In this document: positions 7,789-14,257 of the stretch, piece after piece
Layout: the number at the start of each line of letters is the position of its first letter
How positions within the stretch are numbered: position 1 is the first letter of the stretch
Source of the DNA: Paramicrosporidium saccamoebae KSL3
Taxonomy: Eukaryota > Fungi > Cryptomycota
Assembly (NCBI GenBank): GCA_002794465.1
Contig: MTSL01000055.1
Span: 1 to 16,392, forward strand
DNA: 16,392 nucleotides
Direction: 5' to 3'
The notes under the pieces: generated by a model
The model's database searches: none
What the model saw: only the letters and a program-made list of their open reading frames with translations
Told to the model about the DNA's origin: nothing
Translations under genes and position numbers: made by a program

Positions 7789-7797
7789 TTAGTTCCT

Positions 7798-8730
7798 TTA
7801 TTCTCGGGGCACAGAGAACGATCTAAAAAGAAAGTATCCCGCAACGGCTATCACTAGCAACAACCCAAACAGGACCCAAACAATGATGGGCCTCGTCGCC
7901 ACAAACTGACAATATCCAATGTCCACAATCACAGGCAATCGTCCAGAGCTCTTTGTGTGGTAGACGTAGGCTCCGCATAGACGGTCAGTGAAGCTTGCTG
8001 AGGCCTGGATGCGGTCGAGCACCAAACCCGTCCAGCTCGTGTAGTGGGGAGCCTCCACTACTAATTGGGAAAAGACTCCAACGAGTCGGGTGGCGTCTTC
8101 TGAGCCCAGCAAAACTTCTTTGCTCAACTTACCATCGACTATATTGAGGGTACTGGCGGCGTATTCATTTCCTGAGCTGTTGGGATCGGCGAGGGATACT
8201 CGAGAGAGACTTGCAATCTGCACCTCGCCCTTAGCAATGGAGAGGGAGACCCCAATGGCCTTTACCTCGGCGCCTGGAACAACCACCAAACTGACAGGAA
8301 TTCGGCTTGCCACCAGCATTGTATCATGGTCCTTGCTGAGCACCGTGTTATTTAGTTGCAGCTCAGCCAAAAGTGCGTTTAGCTTCGTTCGTTTTGGATC
8401 TGACAGCGGGGGCAGTCGATGGAGCACCAGCACTGTGGGGTTAATTACCCTCAAGTCGGCCCTTAGTTGGTCTATATTCTCATTCTTATTGTGGGCATCC
8501 AAAAGACCGTTTACATTCCATAATACCACTCGGGTCGCCTCAGTGCACACTGGCGGAATAATCTTGTTCAGATGCAAATTTTGTTGAACCTGCTGGTCAA
8601 ATGCGGTAATAGTGCCGGCTTGCAGCGCATTAGTATAACTTGGCTGGGGCTGTGCATCTCGATCAAGGTCGGCACACTTCCCACCCAAAACGGCCGCTAT
8701 CATAGTCGAGACGAGAAGCTTGACCATCAT
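7798..8730 (-). CDS. Type I membrane protein with a degenerate endonuclease/exonuclease/phosphatase (EEP, DNase I-like) domain; probable pseudoenzyme, 310 aa
   Basis: Hydrophobic N-terminus MMVKLLVSTMIAAVLG; EEP-like motifs in the right order (RVVLWNVNG, INPTVLVLHR, VLLGSED, YTSWTGLVLDRI, SSGRLPVIVDI); C-terminal TM IIVWVLFGLLLVIAVAGYFLF followed by an 8-aa tail. Confidence 0.75.
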   Translation of the reverse strand: MMVKLLVSTMIAAVLGGKCADLDRDAQPQPSYTNALQAGTITAFDQQVQQNLHLNKIIPPVCTEATRVVLWNVNGLLDAHNKNENIDQLRADLRVINPTVLVLHRLPPLSDPKRTKLNALLAELQLNNTVLSKDHDTMLVASRIPVSLVVVPGAEVKAIGVSLSIAKGEVQIASLSRVSLADPNSSGNEYAASTLNIVDGKLSKEVLLGSEDATRLVGVFSQLVVEAPHYTSWTGLVLDRIQASASFTDRLCGAYVYHTKSSGRLPVIVDIGYCQFVATRPIIVWVLFGLLLVIAVAGYFLFRSFSVPRE

Positions 8731-8845
8731 CAGTTCTACAATGATTTCATTGGTCGCCCTGAAAACAATCCTTTATACAGTCCATAAATGGTCACAGGTA
8801 ATTTTGTGCATGCAAGAAGCAACCACAGTCGGATAGTCCTGTAAA

Positions 8846-8853
8846 TATAAAAG
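8846..8853 (+). promoter_or_regulatory. TATA box (TATAAAAG) upstream of the GYF gene
   Basis: Perfect TATAWAWR match in the 212-bp divergent spacer, about 90 bp upstream of the inferred ATG 8943. Confidence 0.5.
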
Positions 8854-8942
8854 CCGTGTATCGGGAGATTTAGCAATGATTATGGAAATGCCGTCCAGCC
8901 GGGGCTACTGGGTCTTTTTTGGCATCTGGCGGTCTTGAGAAA

Positions 8943-10976
8943 ATGGAATCATCTTCGCCTCCCAAGGATACCTTTACCGAGACATCCAACCGTACTGGAC
9001 GCTTCTCCAAAACCAACCGGTACCATTTCTAGCATTTTTCATGCTGTAGACGCCAATTCCACGAATCGTCTAATGAGACATCCCATCGTCCAACTCCTTC
9101 GGGCTACGAACACCCTGTCAAAAGCAACATTCTAGCACGTTTCCGTCCCGACCTAAAGCTGCCCGCCTCCTTCTCGGGAATGTCCGAGTTTACTGAGATT
9201 TGGATGGACGAGCTCCTCCTGCCCGTCAGTCGTGAACCCTTCTCCCCCGAAGAGGAGACGATTTTTAGCTCAGGACAGTTGGCAAGCAACTCTAAGAAAC
9301 AGCACGGCCCCACTCGAGGCGGAGCACGGGGCGGCCATCGCGGAAGAGGCGGTCGTCAAACCGGAACGGACCGAGAAATGGCACATTCCTTTGAAGGGTC
9401 CTCCTCCTTTAGCAATCGGATGAAAGACTTTCCGGCTCCAGATAGAAATGACAACAGCATGGTGGAGGAGGATGCTCTATGGAATATGCCGCAAACAGAA
9501 GATTCGCTGGGTACTTTTGATGACAAGGGCAACTTTTCAGTGGGTGGCGTATTTGGGGGAAGAACGTTGGAGGAGGGACTATTGAGTTCCTCTGCCCCAG
9601 GCCATGATCGTCTCCCTCCCCCAGGAAGGATGGCGGAGGGGAAGGATGATGCACTAATGGGTTTCATGACGCAACTGAAGGAAAAGAAGGAGGAGGCTTT
9701 GGTAGGTCCCACGACACAATGGTACTATCGCGATCCCGCTGGTCAGATCCAGGGACCCTTCCAGACCAAAAAGATGCTCCATTGGTACACTCGTAATTAT
9801 TTCCCCGAAAGTCTTCCCCTGCGTCGAGAATGTGACATTTTGTTTGAGCCGCTGAGTGTGTGGAAGAGTAAATGTGGTGGAGTTTGTCCGTTCGAGTTGG
9901 AGGTGGAATCTCCATCTTCCTCTTCTCGTTCCTCCACCATTGCTTCATCCCGTTCCTCAGTCTCCTCCTCTTTGCCTGCCCCCATATCACCACCAGCACC
10001 GACGGCAAGTATTTTTGCCAAGTTGGGATTGCCTTGGACAGGTCCCACCAAACCAGAACCGGAAGTACTGCCGACAACCAAAGAGCCGAATCTTGCTGAG
10101 GATCAGCTCATGTTTTTGAAGCAATTTAACATAAAACCTACAGCCGAGCCTGTGTCTACGTCTACTGGATCGGTCTTGTCGGATCGTTCTGTTGAACGGA
10201 GGACATTGAACATGGGAGAAAAGTCACTGAGTGCAAACGAGAGATTACCGAACCCAGCTGGACGATCATTGAATGTGGGGGCATCGGAGATTGGATGGAA
10301 AAAGCTGGAGGTTAGTCCGGTGGCTGCGTTTGAAATTGCTCCACCCCCTACTGTATCCAAGCCATCATCAATGGCACCGGCACCAAAGCCACTGGTTTCT
10401 CCCTTGGAATTGATACCGGCCAACAGTCCCACTGTCGGTTGGACCCGTCCCGTCTCCAATTCGCGCCCTCTAAGTGATATCATGCGAGAGGAGGCAGAGA
10501 TGGATGCGGCTCGACGGGCTTCACAGCCGAAAAATGCGCCAAAGTCGTTTGCAGAGACACTACGTGCTGCTGAGGCGAGCCGTCTCCCCACCAAGCCAAT
10601 GATACCACCCACTGTTTCAGCTTCCGCATCAAAGCCATCCATGGTCAAGAAGGCTACTAATACGCCGACTTTAACATCTTCCAACCCGACAAACAATGCC
10701 AAGCAGACAGACACCAAAAACTGGTGTTTGGCCCAACTGAAGCCGCTGGAAAGTTCGTATGACACTAACATGTGCACAATCCTGCTGATGGAACTGCAGA
10801 CGCCCCTTGAAATTGCTGGCTTCATTGAGGACAACATGAAGAGCACGCGGATGGACATGCGGACGTTTATGAGAGAACTGGTGGAGCGTCGTTTTGGTGC
10901 TCCCGCACCGGTAGAGACGCCAACAGAAGATGCCGAATTCAAAACTGTGGGACGCAAACAACATCGTAAGAAGTAA
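8943..10976 (+). CDS. GIGYF/Smy2-like GYF-domain protein; join(8943..9019,9050..10976), 667 aa
   Basis: GYF domain WYYRDPAGQIQGPF...MLHWYTRNYFPESLPLRR; GIGYF-like N-terminus (ILARF...LPVSREPFSPEEE followed by an RGG stretch); PLSDIMREE; C-terminal WC...L...P-x-EI...F helical domain. A 30-nt intron extends the track ORF upstream. Confidence 0.88.
9020..9049 (+). other. Spliceosomal micro-intron, 30 nt (GYF gene)
   Basis: GTACCA...TTCAT...TGTAG; contains an in-frame TAG if retained; joins ATG 8943 to the main frame. Confidence 0.75.
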
Positions 10977-11037
10977 TCCGATAAATACAGACAGCATCAT
11001 TGCGGGATCCGATATATAAAGCGGATTAGATGGATCC

Positions 11038-11145
11038 GTTTGTAGTTATGAGCTTGAAGTTGTGATTAATTTATAACTGGGCTTGGCTTGTAGTTGTGAT
11101 TAGTTTATAACTAGGATTAGTCTATAGTTGTGCTTAATTTAGCAC
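11038..11145. repeat. Degenerate 34-bp tandem repeat, about 3 copies
   Basis: AGTTGTG recurs at 11058, 11092 and 11126; the first two units share agttgtgatta(a/g)tttataact. Confidence 0.8.
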
Positions 11146-11431
11146 GTCATACTATGATGTAAGGATCATCCTGCCTACGTACAGAGACTACTATCATGCA
11201 CACTTAACGAGGGTTGTTTTTGTGGGGTATAATACGTCTTTTCTAGGGCGCATTTATGGGGTGGATTCTTTCATCTGACATTCCTTAGACGCGAGCCGGT
11301 CCACCACGCATCACATTTATCCTGTCCACGCAACAAACGATCAAGTCTTGATTACATAACAACAGGACCAATACGACATTATAGCCGCACAGACCTTAAT
11401 ACCTAATTCGGATAGACCGACCAGGGTGAGG

Positions 11432-13603
11432 ATGACACTTTTGCATAGATGTAAGTTTGTGGATTGGATGCCGCAGGCCATCAACGCGATGGACATGTCG
11501 CCGAGCGGGACACGACCACTGCTGGCGGTGTCACGCACGACGGGAGACTTGGAACTGTATGACGCGAGCCAAAACTGGCTGCTGCGTTGCATCCCCAGCG
11601 GACGGTCGGTAGAGTGTCTGTTGTGGCTGCGTCCAACGGGTGTCCGAAACCGAAAGTTTGTGCAGTGTGAACGTCATGCAGCCTGGACACTGACACAGAC
11701 GACAGTGATACCGCGGGAGGAACGTCTACCGACGGGTCGACTGGTGACGGCGGGCCATGATGGAAGTGTGGTGGAATGGGATGTGGAGCGGGGTAGACCA
11801 CGTCGGATAGAGGAACCAGGTGGAGGAGGAATTTGGGCTATGGCAGCGTCACCAGACGAAATGCATTTGGCGTTGGCTTGTGCTGACGGAAATCTTCGAA
11901 TCATTGATGCCAAAACCTTTGCAGTGGTACGGATTCTTCCGGGGACGGATGGCTCAGCCAAACTGTTATCAGTAACATGGAGCAAGATGAATCCAGCGTG
12001 GGTGGCAGCAGGCACCTCGGACAGCACTATTCTCGTGTGGAATGTCACATCGACAGGAGCACAGTTGATGCATCGAATCAACATGGAGGCCATCTTTTGC
12101 ACTCCCACAATGGTGTGGTGTGTTCGGTTTGCAGGAAAGACGCTCGTCTCGGGTAACTCGTTGGGTCAGGTGCAATTCTGGAACCCTCGCTTGGGCACCC
12201 ACATGACCACTTGCAAGTTGCACAAGGTCGATGTCCTTACTATTGCAGTGCATCCCAGTCAACGTCACATTTTTACTTGTGGAGCCGATGGAAAGACTTT
12301 GGAATTCAGAGTTGGAGGGTCGGATCGTATGGCTTGGCGGCCTTGTGGACGTCGTACCGACCATACCCACGACATTAGAGCTGCTGTAGTTGCCCGTGTT
12401 CCTTGCATATTTGATAGAGATGGCAAGTCCAAGATCCATCGACATGGTGTACTTATTACCGGTGGGATGGACACTAAAATTGTCATGTACGATCCGTTTG
12501 GCAAGACGAAGCACGAAACCCGTGTCATCTCACCCCTTCCAAAACGGCCCGTCGTTCGGCTGGCCAAGGAAGCCCGTGTTCTAGCTGCCTCTGTCGGTAG
12601 TTGCATCAAGATTTGGACCCTGGGCACCATTGATCAGTACATTTTTGATCAGGTCAAGAACACTCCTGACACAGAACATCCTCATCGGAAGGCAAAGTTT
12701 ATGCTCTCCAAGCCCGGCAGATATCTCCTGCAGATGAACGTGCCCGGTGAGGAAACTATAAGCTCCTTTGACATTACCGCCAAGGCTGATCGTCTCGTCT
12801 ATACAACACGCTCAACTATCCGTCTCTATGATTTAAAGATTGTTGGCGATGATCTGGATGTACAACGTCTAACTCTTCCCGAAGCCGACTTTGGAGTTCC
12901 ACAAGTTGCCATCTTCAGTAATGATTCATTGCTCGTCACCTATCTCGACGAAAATCAGTCCACCCTTGTCTCCTACGCTCTAGATTCGTCAGTCATCACA
13001 GTGAGACATGTGGTTCCGCTTGCAACTGGTCCCGCAGCGGTGGCAGTGGATATGATGAGTGTCCAGGGCAATTTTGTTGCCATCCACAATCTCCAAAATG
13101 TACTCTATGTGGTTAACCGGGACAAGCTTATTGTCAAGCACAACAAGTTGCCCTCTTTCGTCCAGGCCATGCGGGTGCTCCCCAGTACGGTCGTTCTGAT
13201 TACTGCTGATCGTGGAATTCATCAGCTCATCCTGCCGAGTGGTGATCTTACGTCAGTGGCCGAGCTTCCAGCCCAGTGGAAGGCATCCCCCGATCAGATT
13301 GTCGGAATGGCCATGGTGCCCAATACCAGAAAGAATTTCCGCATCTGGACCGAATCCCAAATCATCCAGATCGACCTGGACAAGCCATTAGTCGCCACTG
13401 TCCGTCCGAAAAAGGCTACAAGACCAGATGGCGAGTCTACAGATAGTATTGTGGGCAATTTTGAGCGTTTCTCTGGCTACAAGAATATCATGATGGTGGA
13501 CTATCTTACCGCTAACGAGGCGATCATTGTTGAACGTCCATGGGAGGCCATTGCCGATCATCTTCCTGAGGCTCAAGACTGCAAAAAGTTTGGTGGGTTC
13601 TAA
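11432..13603 (+). CDS. UTP4: U3 snoRNP / SSU processome t-UTP subunit UTP4 (cirhin), double WD40 propeller, 723 aa
   Basis: N-terminal LHRCKFVDWMPQAINAM, GGGIWAMA, LALACADG, LVSGNSLGQVQFW, HKVDVLTI, HTHDIRA, LITGGMD, IVERPW. First ATG is at 11432 (the track uses GTG 11426). Confidence 0.9.
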   Translation: MTLLHRCKFVDWMPQAINAMDMSPSGTRPLLAVSRTTGDLELYDASQNWLLRCIPSGRSVECLLWLRPTGVRNRKFVQCERHAAWTLTQTTVIPREERLPTGRLVTAGHDGSVVEWDVERGRPRRIEEPGGGGIWAMAASPDEMHLALACADGNLRIIDAKTFAVVRILPGTDGSAKLLSVTWSKMNPAWVAAGTSDSTILVWNVTSTGAQLMHRINMEAIFCTPTMVWCVRFAGKTLVSGNSLGQVQFWNPRLGTHMTTCKLHKVDVLTIAVHPSQRHIFTCGADGKTLEFRVGGSDRMAWRPCGRRTDHTHDIRAAVVARVPCIFDRDGKSKIHRHGVLITGGMDTKIVMYDPFGKTKHETRVISPLPKRPVVRLAKEARVLAASVGSCIKIWTLGTIDQYIFDQVKNTPDTEHPHRKAKFMLSKPGRYLLQMNVPGEETISSFDITAKADRLVYTTRSTIRLYDLKIVGDDLDVQRLTLPEADFGVPQVAIFSNDSLLVTYLDENQSTLVSYALDSSVITVRHVVPLATGPAAVAVDMMSVQGNFVAIHNLQNVLYVVNRDKLIVKHNKLPSFVQAMRVLPSTVVLITADRGIHQLILPSGDLTSVAELPAQWKASPDQIVGMAMVPNTRKNFRIWTESQIIQIDLDKPLVATVRPKKATRPDGESTDSIVGNFERFSGYKNIMMVDYLTANEAIIVERPWEAIADHLPEAQDCKKFGGF

Positions 13604-13666
13604 TCGATTGGAAGAGAGTTGTTTTAATAAATTGCAATAGACATTCAAGCGAGCATGTAATGGTGT

Positions 13667-13766
13667 GGTGAATCGCAATCAATCGTTGTAAAGTGGTAAA
13701 TCGTAATCAACCGGTATAAAGTGCTAAATCGTAATCAACCGTTGTAAAGTGCTAAATCACAACTAA
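13667..13766. repeat. 28-bp tandem repeat, 3.6 copies
   Basis: ggtgaatcgcaatcaatcgttgtaaagt / ggtaaatcgtaatcaaccggtataaagt / gctaaatcgtaatcaaccgttgtaaagt / gctaaatcacaactaa. Confidence 0.92.
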
Positions 13767-13810
13767 GATGCGTAGTGGACTAATGTCTACACTACAAGGG
13801 CAGTCGGGCA

Positions 13811-13844
13811 TATTTATAATAGCTTCACCCACCCCCTCCCCCCT
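13811..13844 (+). promoter_or_regulatory. Putative NDUFA7 core promoter: AT-rich TATA-like box followed by a C-rich tract
   Basis: tatttataat (13811-13820), then cccaccccctcccccct (13828-13844, two CCCCT), 20-54 bp before ATG 13865. Confidence 0.3.
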
Positions 13845-13864
13845 CGTATAGACATACAATCTGG

Positions 13865-14235
13865 ATGACCTTCAGCAAACGACTGTGGCAGTTATTAAAA
13901 CCATATCTGACAGTGGTAATACATCCGTCTTGCACTCATAGTAGAACCCCGTTTCGCGGGAAGCAATCCATGGACCAGCATTCCGCAACCCCGCTCCAAG
14001 TTCTCAGCCCCCATATTTGGCTCCGTCCCGGACGCAGGACCCCGCCAGTTTCCATTACTACACCCGCGACAATCGGCGCGCTATCCCGTCGGAAATGGTC
14101 ACCCAACGTCCAGCAGAAATGACGGCCATGGAGACGCTAATGGTTACTCCGCCGGGACCACCGCTGCCGACTTGGCAATTGAGCGAGGAACAGCCACAGG
14201 CGGGCGGTTACTATCCGATTACCAATTTCAAATAA
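13865..14235 (+). CDS. NDUFA7: Mitochondrial complex I accessory subunit NDUFA7 (B14.5a / fungal NUZM-like); join(13865..13915,13945..14235), 113 aa
   Basis: Spliced product MTFSKRLWQLLKPYLTVNPVSREAIHGPAFRNPAPSSQPPYLAPSRTQDPASFHYYTRDNRRAIPSEMVTQ...VTPPGPPLPTWQLSEEQPQAGGYYPITNFK. YYTRDNRR, TP-x-PP-x-x-x-W-x-LS-x-x-QP, RNP-x-P and the terminal YP-x-x-x-F match animal NDUFA7 and fungal 21.3-kDa subunit motifs as I recall them. Confidence 0.85.
13916..13944 (+). other. Spliceosomal micro-intron, 29 nt (NDUFA7), TAGTAG acceptor
   Basis: GTAATA...CTCAT-AGTAG; only the distal AG gives an open frame. Confidence 0.82.
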
Positions 14236-14247
14236 ACCCGTTTATTT
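14230..14247. terminator. Palindromic bidirectional polyadenylation signal
   Basis: AAATAAAC-CC-GTTTATTT gives AATAAA on both strands between convergent NDUFA7 and transketolase. Confidence 0.55.
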
Positions 14248-14257
14248 GTCGTTGTGG

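Noticed and set aside
9911-9972. TC-rich repeat inside the GYF gene
   Set aside because: Encodes an ordinary Ser-rich linker.
10103-10957. 284-aa ORF antisense to the GYF gene
   Set aside because: Expected shadow of a Ser/Pro/Ala/Thr-rich low-complexity region.
11146-11285. U3 snoRNA-like fragments (AGGATCAT, TCTGACA)
   Set aside because: Too short for U3, and boxes B and C are not found.
7699-13766. CRISPR-like reading of the periodic arrays
   Set aside because: Units are contiguous with no unique spacers, there are no cas genes, and the context is eukaryotic.
13828-13843. G-quadruplex on the minus strand (G6-A-G5-T-G3)
   Set aside because: Only three separated G-runs, so a three-tier G4 is not supported.
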